64,000 nucleotides of DNA from Verrucomicrobiia bacterium (lineage in GTDB: Bacteria; Verrucomicrobiota; Verrucomicrobiia; Limisphaerales; UBA8199), in the NCBI GenBank assembly GCA_035946615.1, contig DASYZB010000116.1:16545-80544 (forward strand), given 5' to 3'. The translations under genes and the position numbers were made by a program. The notes under the pieces were generated by a model that was not told the origin of the DNA, ran no database searches, and worked only from the letters and a program-made list of their open reading frames with translations. This document shows, in pieces, positions 9,014 to 18,024 of the stretch (position 1 is its first letter; each line of letters opens with the position of its first letter).

Positions 9014-9733
9014 ATGACAATAGCATTCAGCAACATGCGGCGGTCCGTCCTGCTCTGCGGTTCGCTCCTCATCCTCGCATTAGCGCAGAGCGCCATGGCC
9101 GGCGATGATAGCAGCAACAAATCGGCCGGCTCAGGTCTGGTTCCACTCATCATCAGGCTGCCGGCGCCGGCTTTCAAAGGCACGCCCAAAGACATCCAGC
9201 TCAGCTCGTATGTCGAGCCGCTCTCGGATAAACCGCGCCCGCCGCTGATGGTGCCGCCCGGGCTCAAGAACATTGCCCCAACGGCCAAAATCACGTGCAG
9301 CGATAAGAATGCGCCTTCCGATGCCCTCGCCAAAATCACTGATGGTGATAAAGAAGCCTCCGAAGAGAGCATTATTTACCTGCGCAAAGGCACGCAATGG
9401 GTCCAGATGGATTTTGGTTCGCCGCAGGAAATCTTCGCGGTTGTAATATGGCATGCGCATAACTCGGCCAAGGTCTATCACGATGTGATTGTCCAGGTTG
9501 CTGACGACCAGGACTTCATCCAGAACGTGCGGACGCTTTTTAATAACGACCAGGATAACTCCTCCGGCCTGGGTGTGGGCACGGACCGCGAGTTTTTTGA
9601 AACCAACGAAGGCAAACTCATCAACACCAAAGGGGTCAAAGCGCGTTATATGCGCTTCTACTCCAGAGGCAGCACCGAAAGCGCTCTGAACGAATACACT
9701 GAGATTGAAGTTTACGGCCGCCCAGCCAGCTAA
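9014..9733 (+). CDS. secreted F5/8 type C (discoidin) domain protein
   Basis: ORF 8807..9733. Candidate starts at 8990, 9014 and 9035, followed by the signal peptide 'RRSVLLCGSLLILALAQSAMA'. The C-terminal region 'ITDGDKEA...WVQMDFGSPQEIFAVVIWH...ARYMRFYSRGSTESALNEYTEIEVYGRP' is discoidin-like. Confidence 0.7.
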   Translation: MTIAFSNMRRSVLLCGSLLILALAQSAMAGDDSSNKSAGSGLVPLIIRLPAPAFKGTPKDIQLSSYVEPLSDKPRPPLMVPPGLKNIAPTAKITCSDKNAPSDALAKITDGDKEASEESIIYLRKGTQWVQMDFGSPQEIFAVVIWHAHNSAKVYHDVIVQVADDQDFIQNVRTLFNNDQDNSSGLGVGTDREFFETNEGKLINTKGVKARYMRFYSRGSTESALNEYTEIEVYGRPAS

Positions 9734-9784
9734 GCGGCCCACGCCTCTCTCACAAGGGCAAGCTGGGGCTGGCCGGGAATACTC

Positions 9785-11347
9785 ATGCCCATGAGCCGGT
9801 CTGTTGCATTGGTGCTGCTACTTGCCTTGGCCGCTGCTCTGGGACTGCGCTGGGTGGCTCTGGACAGCCGGCCCATGCACAATGATGAGGCCGTCAACGC
9901 CATCAAGTTCGGCCAACTCTGGGATAGCGGACGCTACCGGTACGACCCAAATGAACATCACGGCCCAACGCTTTATTACGCTACGCTGGCCATGGGCCGC
10001 ATCTCGCGCGGTCCGGATTTCAACCATTACACGGCGGAGCGGCTGCGCTGGGTGACGATTCTTTTTGGATTGGGTCTCATCCTGCTTCTGCCCTTTCTTC
10101 TTGATGGCCTTGGCCCAAGCAGCGTCGGGTGGGCTGCCGTTTTTACCGCGGTTTCGCCCGCTTTCGTTTTCTACAGCCGCTATTACATCCACGAAATGCT
10201 GTTGGTGTTCTTCACGTTTCTGGCGCTGGTTGCGGGCTGGCGCTATTGGCGGAGCCGCAGCCTGGTTTGGATGCTGATAGCAGGGGCGGCCCTGGGGCTC
10301 ATGAGCGCGACAAAGGAAACCTTTGTGATCACCCTCGGGGCGGCGGCAGTGGCTGTTACGCTCAATCAGACCTGGAACCGCCTGATCGATGCCAGTGGGC
10401 GGCCTGTGACTGCCCCGCGCCTCAATCCCTGGCATGTGGTGACCGGGCTGGCGCTGTGGTTGGGAGTTGCGATGCTCTTTTTTTCCTCCTTCTTTACGAA
10501 CGCGGCTGGGCCTCTGGATGCCCTCCGCACGTACCAACCATGGTTCCAGCGCGCCGCGGGCGACTCGCCCCACATTCATCCATGGTCTTTTTATCTGCAT
10601 CGGCTGCTGTTTTTTCATGCGGCTAAAGGGCCGGTGTGGACCGAGGCGCTCGTGCTGGTCCTGGCCTGCGTCGCAGCCCTTGCGGGCTTCCGGCGCAGGA
10701 ATCTGGCCAATGCCAATGCCAGCTTTATCCGGTTCCTGGCGCTCTACACTTTTATTCTGGGCGCCTTTTATAGCCTGCTGCCGTACAAAACGCCCTGGTG
10801 TCTTCTAAGCTTCTGGCATGGAGCGATCCTGCTGGCGGGGGTTGGGGCGGCGGGGCTCGTGTGCAGTCTTCCATCTGTAGGCGCAAAGGTGGGAATAGGC
10901 GCATTGTTGGTATTAGGGGCCGGTCACATGGCCTGGCAAAGCTGGCAGCAGGACACCACTTACGCTGCAGACCCACGCAACCCCTACGTTTATGCCCAAA
11001 CCTCGACAGACCTTTTAAGCCTGGTCCGGCGCGTGGATGCCCTGGCTCAAGTCGACTCGCAAGGGCAGCGCATGCTTATCAAGGTGATGGTCCCGGGGGG
11101 TGATTATTGGCCGCTCCCCTGGTACTTGCGCAGCTTTGACCAAGTCGGCTGGTGGGACCGGGTGCCCGACGACCCCTTTGCTCCGGTGATGATTGTATCA
11201 CCGCACTTCGATGGGCAGCTCGACCAGAATAAGGCCTATATCATGACCGGCATCTTTCAGTTGCGGCCTCAAGTCTTCCTGGAACTGTTTGTGCAGAAAG
11301 AGTTGTGGCAAGACTGGCTGGCCCACCGCCGGCCAGAAAAGGATTGA
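9785..11347 (+). CDS. GT39/ArnT-like integral membrane glycosyltransferase family protein (TIGR03663-like)
   Basis: 520 aa, polytopic membrane protein. N-terminal 'LDSRPMHNDEAVNAIKF...YRYDPNEHHGPTLYY' resembles the TIGR03663 / dolichyl-phosphate-mannose mannosyltransferase-like family. Confidence 0.65.
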   Translation: MPMSRSVALVLLLALAAALGLRWVALDSRPMHNDEAVNAIKFGQLWDSGRYRYDPNEHHGPTLYYATLAMGRISRGPDFNHYTAERLRWVTILFGLGLILLLPFLLDGLGPSSVGWAAVFTAVSPAFVFYSRYYIHEMLLVFFTFLALVAGWRYWRSRSLVWMLIAGAALGLMSATKETFVITLGAAAVAVTLNQTWNRLIDASGRPVTAPRLNPWHVVTGLALWLGVAMLFFSSFFTNAAGPLDALRTYQPWFQRAAGDSPHIHPWSFYLHRLLFFHAAKGPVWTEALVLVLACVAALAGFRRRNLANANASFIRFLALYTFILGAFYSLLPYKTPWCLLSFWHGAILLAGVGAAGLVCSLPSVGAKVGIGALLVLGAGHMAWQSWQQDTTYAADPRNPYVYAQTSTDLLSLVRRVDALAQVDSQGQRMLIKVMVPGGDYWPLPWYLRSFDQVGWWDRVPDDPFAPVMIVSPHFDGQLDQNKAYIMTGIFQLRPQVFLELFVQKELWQDWLAHRRPEKD

Positions 11348-11410
11348 GACGAACGCACAAAAGGTTTTGTGATGAGCGAGCAACCAGTCCCGGGCTTGAC
11401 CAAACCACTC

Positions 11411-11482
11411 GACAAAGTTTCCGACAAGGTTTCCGACAAAGGAATGCGAAAGGCGTCTGCGAAATGTCCAAAAATGTCCAAA
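11411..11482. repeat. two short tandem repeats in a convergent intergenic region
   Basis: 'gacaaRgtttcc' occurs ~2.5 times (11411..11442) and 'aaatgtccaa' twice (11462..11482). Confidence 0.6.
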
Positions 11483-11569
11483 CTCCAGGCGCACCGATAG
11501 GTAGCAGTGCGGTTCACGCGGCTCAGCGCGCACGCCCCCCTACGCTCGACTTAAGTATTCCGCCCCAGC

Positions 11570-13606
11570 TTAGGCCTGGATTGCCAGGGTGGTCTCCATC
11601 GGCAGGGAGATGCGGACCACGCCTGACTGCCCGGATTGCGGGGGGAGAATCTCCAGCTTGCCGTGGTGGGTCTCGATAATCTTGCGTGTAACGGTCAGGC
11701 CCAGACCCAAGCCCACCGTGCGCGTGCTGAAGAATGGGGCTGGGGCTTTTTGGACCGCTTCGGGGCTAAAACCGCTTCCGTTGTCCTGGACGTCGATCTG
11801 CAGCGCGGAAGCGCCATGGCCGTTGGAGTCGGTGCGCAAATGAACGCCGATTTTGGGTTCGGCAGGGTTGGCCTGAAGGGCGTTGAGCATCACCTCGGCC
11901 AGCGCGTGCTTTAAAGCCGCCCTGTCGCCGTTGAGGATAATGGGTTTGTTGGCATTATCGTAGCGGAGTTGGGCCGACTTGGCAGGCTGGTACTTGCAGG
12001 CCTCCTGGTAGGCCTCTTCGATGAGGGGCGCCAAAGGAAATGCTTCCTGTGAAACGAGGCTGTCGCGGGCCAGGAACCGCATCTGGTTGATCAGGCGCGT
12101 GACGCGTTTTACCCCATCGGCCAGGGCCAGGTCCAGCGAGGTGCGGAACTCAGGGTCCTTCCACTTATCGGCCAATAATTGTTGGTGAGTCGAAAGGGGC
12201 ACCATGGCATTGCCGATCTCATGGGTGAGGCGGTCTGCCATCGACTTTATCAAGCGCAGGTTGGCAGTCTCGACTTCGAGTTTGCGCAACTGCTCGCTTT
12301 GTGTCAGGTCCTCGGCCATCAACAAGGCGGAGGCGGGGAGGCCAGCTTGCTGGCGCTGGAAAGGGACGATATTGATGTGATAGACAGTGCCCCCGGCGCC
12401 CTGGGGCTCATATTTAAAGCCGGAGATGGCCGAGCCGGTTTTGAGGACCTGGTAAACCTTGGCGCCCAGGACCTGGGGCAGGTCGCTGAACTCGAGGTCG
12501 CTGCCCCGGCGGTCGGCTCTGGAGAAATACTTGCGCGCGGTTTTATTGGCATGGAGGATGGCCAGGTCGCGGCTGACGACGACGCAGGCGCTGCTGAGTT
12601 CGCGGAGAATCTCGGCCATCATTTCGTGATTGGCGGCCAATTGGTCGTGGAGCCAGATATTTTTGACGGCCAGGCCGAGTTGTTCGAGCAGGTGGAAAAT
12701 GAGTTCGAGCTCGGAATTGACCAGCGGCTCGCCGGTGATGCGCCCGTCAAAGACAGCGACCCCCAGGAGAGTCTCGCGGTCCAGAATGGGGACCGCCACC
12801 TGAGCGCCCAGCAACTCAAATTCCTTCTGCGCCTCAGGGTCGGAGCGGGCTTCTTCGCCGAAACGGCGCAGGATGCGTCCCAGCCGGAAGAGTTGACCTC
12901 CAATGCCGCCTTCGAGTGAGAGTTCGAAATGTTCGAGTAATCCGGGGGAGAGCCCCAGGGCGCAAGCGGCGCGCAAGCGGCGCGTTTCAGCCGGGCTGCC
13001 TACTGCGAAGGAGCTGGAGGGCTGACGCAGGAAGATGGCGGCGCGATTGACGCTCATGATTTCGCGCAGGAGCAGCAGGAACTGCTTGAGCATTGCCTCT
13101 GCATTGAGCGAGTGGGTAAGGATGGCGGAGAAATCGCGCAGAATGGTCAAGGTATGCGGGGCGCCGTAGAACAGGGAGGTGTCGGAAGTTTTCGGAGCTT
13201 CGGCGGGGGGCGATGGCCCGCGAGCCAAGGCGGGCCTCTCGGGGGTTGGAGCGGGCCAGAGCCGCTCGAGGAGCGCCGAGAGCATTCGGGCGCGCACCGG
13301 TTTTTTGAGGATATGGGCCACTCCTTGCAAGTAGGCCTCTTCCTCCCATTCCCATTGGCTGGCGCCGGTAAAGACCAGCAGGGGGCATTTGGGGGCGCGG
13401 CGGCGGAGCTTTTCCATGGGCCAGATGCCCTGGACACTGGTCAGTTCAACATCCAAGAGGCAGGCGTCACCCAGGCCGTGGACCAACAACGGCTCGGCCT
13501 CATCGAGGGTTGCGCGATGAATGACCCGGTAGCGTTCAGCATCCACTGCTGCGCGGACCGTTTCAGCGAAATCGGGATGGCCGGAGACGACCAGGAGAGT
13601 TCTCAT
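11570..13606 (-). CDS. sensor histidine kinase with N-terminal atypical receiver, GAF and PAS-like regions
   Basis: H-box 'LTHEIGNAMVPL'. ATPase motifs 'VMLNALQANP', 'VQDNGSGF', 'GLGLGLTVTRKIIETHHG'. The N-terminal CheY-like fold lacks the usual acidic pair ('VVSGHPD') but keeps 'LLDVEL' and 'KKP'. Confidence 0.85.
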   Translation of the reverse strand: MRTLLVVSGHPDFAETVRAAVDAERYRVIHRATLDEAEPLLVHGLGDACLLDVELTSVQGIWPMEKLRRRAPKCPLLVFTGASQWEWEEEAYLQGVAHILKKPVRARMLSALLERLWPAPTPERPALARGPSPPAEAPKTSDTSLFYGAPHTLTILRDFSAILTHSLNAEAMLKQFLLLLREIMSVNRAAIFLRQPSSSFAVGSPAETRRLRAACALGLSPGLLEHFELSLEGGIGGQLFRLGRILRRFGEEARSDPEAQKEFELLGAQVAVPILDRETLLGVAVFDGRITGEPLVNSELELIFHLLEQLGLAVKNIWLHDQLAANHEMMAEILRELSSACVVVSRDLAILHANKTARKYFSRADRRGSDLEFSDLPQVLGAKVYQVLKTGSAISGFKYEPQGAGGTVYHINIVPFQRQQAGLPASALLMAEDLTQSEQLRKLEVETANLRLIKSMADRLTHEIGNAMVPLSTHQQLLADKWKDPEFRTSLDLALADGVKRVTRLINQMRFLARDSLVSQEAFPLAPLIEEAYQEACKYQPAKSAQLRYDNANKPIILNGDRAALKHALAEVMLNALQANPAEPKIGVHLRTDSNGHGASALQIDVQDNGSGFSPEAVQKAPAPFFSTRTVGLGLGLTVTRKIIETHHGKLEILPPQSGQSGVVRISLPMETTLAIQA

Positions 13607-13898
13607 AGTGCAAGGCCCTGCTGCCCGGGTGGGGGCGAAGCGCAGTTGAGGTAATTGGCCAGAGGCACCATAGCCACAGTAAGGGGCATCCGCATCCCTG
13701 AGGCAATCTTTAGATTGCGGGCTGGAAGCGAGGTGCTGCCGGGTCGGGTCATTGTGCTCTGATCATCCATAGCGCCTGGTTTTCGTCAGACTTAACGTTG
13801 CGTGCCTTTGTAGCAGCGGCCCTGCTCCTATTCAACAACGGAGAATACTGACGGCCACTCTCGGACGAGGAGCGGACGGTTGTAAGGAAAACCCGAAG

Positions 13899-15167
13899 CT
13901 ACTCGGAGGAGATGAGATTTTCCCAAAGTTTATCGTTGAGGAGGGCTTTTTGGAGGAAATCGGTGTCGCTCTGGGGGATGGGGGGAACATGGCTGGGGCT
14001 GAGGGGCAGGCGCAGAGTGAAGGTGGTGCCCTGGCCGGGTTCGCTGTGGGCGTCGATGCGTCCGCCGTGGTGATGAACGATGAAGTAGCAGGCCATCAGA
14101 TGAATGCCATATTCCATGGGGCTGTCGGTGCGGACCACAAAGGGATCGAAGACCAGGCGGAGGGCTTCTTTTGGCAAGCCGGGTCCGTTATCGCTGACAC
14201 GGACCTGGATTTGTTGCTTATCGGGAAGATGGCCATTGAGCAGTTCGGCGGAGATGGTGACGCGCGCGCCGGGAGGCAAACTGGCCAGCTCATCTTTAAA
14301 GAGCAACTCAAACAATCGATAAAACTTAGGCTTATCGACACTCAGCATGGGGAGGGAGTCGGAGAGGTGGTTTTCAATGGTGATCTTCTTGGAGGCGAAT
14401 TCGTCCTTCAATTGTTCGAGGATTTGGGCCACCACGGCATGGAGGCGCACTTGATCGCCGAACTCGAATTTGGGCTGTTCGGAAGCAGACCAGAGGTCTT
14501 TGAGCATGTTGTTTATTTTTTCGATCTGGCCCTGGACGTTCTGGTAGTAATCCTTCCAGAAATCGGGGTTGCGCAGGCCCTCCATATCGAGCTTTTCCTC
14601 CTCCATTTTGGCTGGGGCGAGGTCGAGGAAGGTTTTGACGGCGACGAGGGCGTTGCGGATGTGATGGCTCAGGCCGGCGGCCAGGAGGCCCAGACTGACA
14701 ATCCGGTCGGCGATCATCATATTGTGGAGGACGGAGAGTTTTTCGCGCAGCAACTGGTCTCGCTCGCGCTGGACCAGGAAGAACTCGAGGCCGCGTTTGA
14801 GGGTGGTTTCGAGTTGAGGGGGGTCCCAGGGTTTGGTGACGTATTTGTAAATGGCGCCGGTATTGACAGCGGCGATGGCGGCGTCCATGTCGGCATAAGC
14901 GGTCGCGAGGATGCGGATGATGCGTGGTTCAAGCTGGCGTGCTCGTTCGAGGAGCCAGACGCCCTTTTCGCCCGGCATGCGCTGGTCGGTCATGAGCAGG
15001 CCGATGTCTGCGTGGTGTTGTTCGAGGATTTTAAGACCGTCCTGGGCGCTGGTGGCGGTGAACATGCGGAACTGGTCCTCGAAGGCGCGGACAAAGTTCT
15101 TGAGCGATTTCTCCTCGTCATCGACGTAGAGAATCGCAAATTTTTTGTAGTCGTAAAGGTTGTCCAT
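13899..15167 (-). CDS. response-regulator receiver fused to a histidine-kinase core (PhcR-like architecture)
   Basis: Receiver 'ILYVDDEEKSL...LLMTDQRMPGEKG...YKYVTKPWD'. Followed by H-box 'AAGLSHHIRNAL' and ATPase motifs 'VSDNGPGL', 'GQGTTFTLRLP'. Confidence 0.85.
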   Translation of the reverse strand: MDNLYDYKKFAILYVDDEEKSLKNFVRAFEDQFRMFTATSAQDGLKILEQHHADIGLLMTDQRMPGEKGVWLLERARQLEPRIIRILATAYADMDAAIAAVNTGAIYKYVTKPWDPPQLETTLKRGLEFFLVQRERDQLLREKLSVLHNMMIADRIVSLGLLAAGLSHHIRNALVAVKTFLDLAPAKMEEEKLDMEGLRNPDFWKDYYQNVQGQIEKINNMLKDLWSASEQPKFEFGDQVRLHAVVAQILEQLKDEFASKKITIENHLSDSLPMLSVDKPKFYRLFELLFKDELASLPPGARVTISAELLNGHLPDKQQIQVRVSDNGPGLPKEALRLVFDPFVVRTDSPMEYGIHLMACYFIVHHHGGRIDAHSEPGQGTTFTLRLPLSPSHVPPIPQSDTDFLQKALLNDKLWENLISSE

Positions 15168-15183
15168 AAGGAGTGGGTTTTAG

Positions 15184-15230
15184 TGGGATGGATTACACAC
15201 AGAGGGACCCCTCTGCGCTTCGGAAGGGGG
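15184..15230 (+). repeat. intergenic repeat, copy 1 (partner at 45550..45626)
   Basis: 'tgggatggattacacacagagggacccctct' matches 45550..45580 at 29 of 31 positions. Followed in both copies by a 'cttcggaagggg' hairpin motif. Confidence 0.75.
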
Positions 15231-15390
15231 TATCTGTTTAGCCCGCTCGCGCCGGCGCTTGGTAGCGCAGGTTCTAACCCTTGTCATTACCCACGTTTTT
15301 GGGATTGTGGCGCATGTCCCAGACTGCTCCGTACAGATGCGCTTAGTCATGCTTAGGTCGAAATTCAATTTGGCTTTGATCGATCTCATG

Positions 15391-18024
15391 TCATCCTTTG
15401 ATGGGAAACTCCAGTCTAAACTCTGAAAACTTCCCGGGTTCTGTTCGAACGTTAATCCGGCCGCCGGATTCCTGGACAATCCGGTAGCAGATGGCCAAGC
15501 CGAGGCCCATGCCCTGGCCGACATCTTTGGTGGTGTAGAAGGGGTCGAAAATCTTGTCGAGATGCTTGGCGTCGATACCGGTCCCGTTATCGCGGACCAC
15601 GAGGATGCTCTTACCGGGTTCAAGCAGGCCCTCGATCCAAATGGCAGGCTGCTCGTCTGCAAACTGCTTGCCTTTGAGGGCATCGAGGGAGTTTTGGAGC
15701 AGGTTCACCAGAACGTGGGTGAGCTTATTCTGGTTGGTGCAAATCCTATGGCCTGGCGGAAGGTTTTGGTGAATCTGGACCTTGTTGCGCCATTCGTTGC
15801 TCAAGAAGCGCAAGGAGGCGCGCACCACCTCGGCTACATCCACCTGGTCCTGGCTCTCGGTTTCGGGATGAGAAAAAGTGCGCAGGTCCGAGACGATATT
15901 CTTGACGCGCTTGATGCCTTCCTCGACGTCTTTGAGCACTTCTTCGTATTCTGGCCGCTGTTCGGGGGCGAGGTATTTGCCTTTGTTGCGCAGGGTGAAG
16001 AGTCCCGTTGTGGCAAAGTTGAGCGGGTTATTGATCTCATGGATAATGCCGGCGCTCATGCGGCCAAGGGAAGCCAGTTTTTCGGTTTGGACGAGTTGTG
16101 TTTCGGTGTCTTTGAGCTGCTCGATGGTGGTTTCGAGGACCTGGTTCTGCTTGGAGAGCTTGCGCTGGTATTGATAGGATTCAACGAGGTTCTTGATGCG
16201 CACGTGAAGCTCGGTTGTCGAGAAGGGCTTGGCCAGGAAATCACTGGCGCCTGCCGAGAGGGCGGCCAGCTTGGTTTCCTCATCCGCCCGGGCCGTGAGA
16301 AGGACAATCGGGATGCTTTGGGTTGAGGTATGCTCGCGGATTTCGCGGCAAGCCTGCAATCCATCTTTCTCGGGCATCATCATGTCCAGCAGGATAATGT
16401 CTGGAAGGAACTGGCAGGCCTTCTCGACCGCCTGCTGGCCATCGACCGCTTCAAGCACATGGTAGTGGGAGCTCAACTGCGATTTGAGGAACCGGAGCAT
16501 GTCGGGCTCGTCGTCTGCCACCAGGAGGGTCTGCTCATGACCGTTGCGGGCAAGCTCGATGGGTCGCAAGGAGGAGTTGACTGAGGTCAAGGCTGGGAAC
16601 AGCTCCGCCCGTCTGTAGAGATTGGCCAGCCACTCCTCGGATGCCACTGTGCTGGCCTTTTCGGATGGCTGATCCTCGTCCACCGAATCCTCATCGGCGC
16701 CTGCCTTCTTAACCTCATCCGCTTTCTCGTATGGGAGGCTCACCGTAAAGGTTGTGCCTTTGCCTTCCTGGCTTTGGACGGAGACGGCGCCGCCCTGGAT
16801 TTCGGCCAACTCTTTTACCAGGGCCAGGCCGATACCTGCGCCTTGAAATTTGCGCTTCGAGGAGCTGTCCGCCTGCCAAAAGCGATCGAACACATGAGGG
16901 AGGTTCTTTTGCGAGATTCCCATGCCGGTGTCCGCCACGGTGAGAACCAACTTCGAGTCCTGTCTTTCAGCCTTCAGCTCGACCCTCCCGCCAGAGGATG
17001 TGAATTTCAAGGCGTTGAACAAGAGGTTTAACACGATCTTTTCGAGCTTGTCACGGTCGGCCAGGACGACCCCCAGAACCTGATCGGCCTGTGTTTCCAG
17101 GCCAATGCGCTTATCATCGGCCACTTGGCGCGCCGCGCTAGCGAGGCCCTTGATTAGTTCGCTGATTTGCACCGGTTCCTTTTTAATTTCGATCCGGCCA
17201 GATTCCAGCCGAACCAAATCCAACAGGTCATTAATGAGCTTGAGCAGCCGCATGCCGTTGGAATGCATGGTGGCCAGCAGGTCTTTGGTTTGGGCATCCA
17301 GGTTGAAGCGCTGCAGCATTTTTTCCAGGGGGGCAATGAGCAATGTCAAGGGCGTGCGCAGCTCGTGGCTGATATTGGCGAAAAAGCGGCTTTTAATCTG
17401 ATCCAATTCCATCAGCTTGCGATTGGTCTCTTCCATGGCGCGCCGGCTTTTGTCGAGTTCCCATCGCAGTGTGAATTCCTGAAAGCGTTGGCGGGCGTTG
17501 CTCACGCTGCCCATCACAACGAACGCGGCGGTGAGAAACAGGAAGGTGGTGTTGTTGAGGATGTACTTGACCGGTTGTTGAACTGGCCGGGCAAAGGAAA
17601 CCAGCACGTACATGGCCAGCACAAAGATGGTGATGAAGAAATTCTGTCTGTAAGTCCATGGTGAAATCAAACCCATAGCCAGAAGGATGATGTTCAAGCC
17701 GGCGTAATAGGGCGAGAGCGGATCGGGGAGCGTATAGATCATCCAAAGAATCATCATCAACGGCCCCATAAACCAGGTAACCCCAAAGATTCGGCGGTGG
17801 CAGGGCCGCGGGCTCTTGAACCATGCCCACACCAGCAGCGTCACAATGCCGCAGAGCACGCGCAGCTTGAAGAAGGCCCACATTTTGTCCGGGTACATGT
17901 AGTAGTCCATGACCGAGCAAGACAAGTTGAGCGGAATCGAAACGATTGAGCCAAAGACCGCGTTGCGGATGTAATCGCGCTGATTTTGCTCCCAGTAGGC
18001 CCTTTGGATCTCTGGAGCGCTCAT
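15391..18024 (-). CDS. membrane-bound hybrid sensor kinase with two complete kinase cores flanking a receiver
   Basis: ORF 15391..18153. The ATG at 18024 overlaps the upstream TGA (ATGA). Domain order:
- ~6 TM helices
- 'FFANISHELRTPL' with 'DTGMGI...GAGIGLALV'
- receiver 'LLVADDEPDM...ILLDMMMPEKDG...FLAKPF'
- second core 'AGIIHEINNPL' with 'VRDNGTGI...GMGLGLAICY'. Confidence 0.85.
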   Translation of the reverse strand: MSAPEIQRAYWEQNQRDYIRNAVFGSIVSIPLNLSCSVMDYYMYPDKMWAFFKLRVLCGIVTLLVWAWFKSPRPCHRRIFGVTWFMGPLMMILWMIYTLPDPLSPYYAGLNIILLAMGLISPWTYRQNFFITIFVLAMYVLVSFARPVQQPVKYILNNTTFLFLTAAFVVMGSVSNARQRFQEFTLRWELDKSRRAMEETNRKLMELDQIKSRFFANISHELRTPLTLLIAPLEKMLQRFNLDAQTKDLLATMHSNGMRLLKLINDLLDLVRLESGRIEIKKEPVQISELIKGLASAARQVADDKRIGLETQADQVLGVVLADRDKLEKIVLNLLFNALKFTSSGGRVELKAERQDSKLVLTVADTGMGISQKNLPHVFDRFWQADSSSKRKFQGAGIGLALVKELAEIQGGAVSVQSQEGKGTTFTVSLPYEKADEVKKAGADEDSVDEDQPSEKASTVASEEWLANLYRRAELFPALTSVNSSLRPIELARNGHEQTLLVADDEPDMLRFLKSQLSSHYHVLEAVDGQQAVEKACQFLPDIILLDMMMPEKDGLQACREIREHTSTQSIPIVLLTARADEETKLAALSAGASDFLAKPFSTTELHVRIKNLVESYQYQRKLSKQNQVLETTIEQLKDTETQLVQTEKLASLGRMSAGIIHEINNPLNFATTGLFTLRNKGKYLAPEQRPEYEEVLKDVEEGIKRVKNIVSDLRTFSHPETESQDQVDVAEVVRASLRFLSNEWRNKVQIHQNLPPGHRICTNQNKLTHVLVNLLQNSLDALKGKQFADEQPAIWIEGLLEPGKSILVVRDNGTGIDAKHLDKIFDPFYTTKDVGQGMGLGLAICYRIVQESGGRINVRTEPGKFSEFRLEFPIKG

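Noticed and set aside
13950-15356. Long plus-strand ORF (468 aa). Similar long antisense ORFs occur at 3440..4342, 9818..10618, 19750..21006, 25148..26191, 27095..28015, 28643..29575, 44581..45474 and 21421..22017.
   Set aside because: Each lies antisense to a gene with clear conserved motifs (kinase, CysA, GT39-like, FadL, MFS, HlyD, GH, GT2). Their products are G/A/D/E/R-rich with no motifs. This is the usual shadow-ORF artefact of GC-rich DNA.
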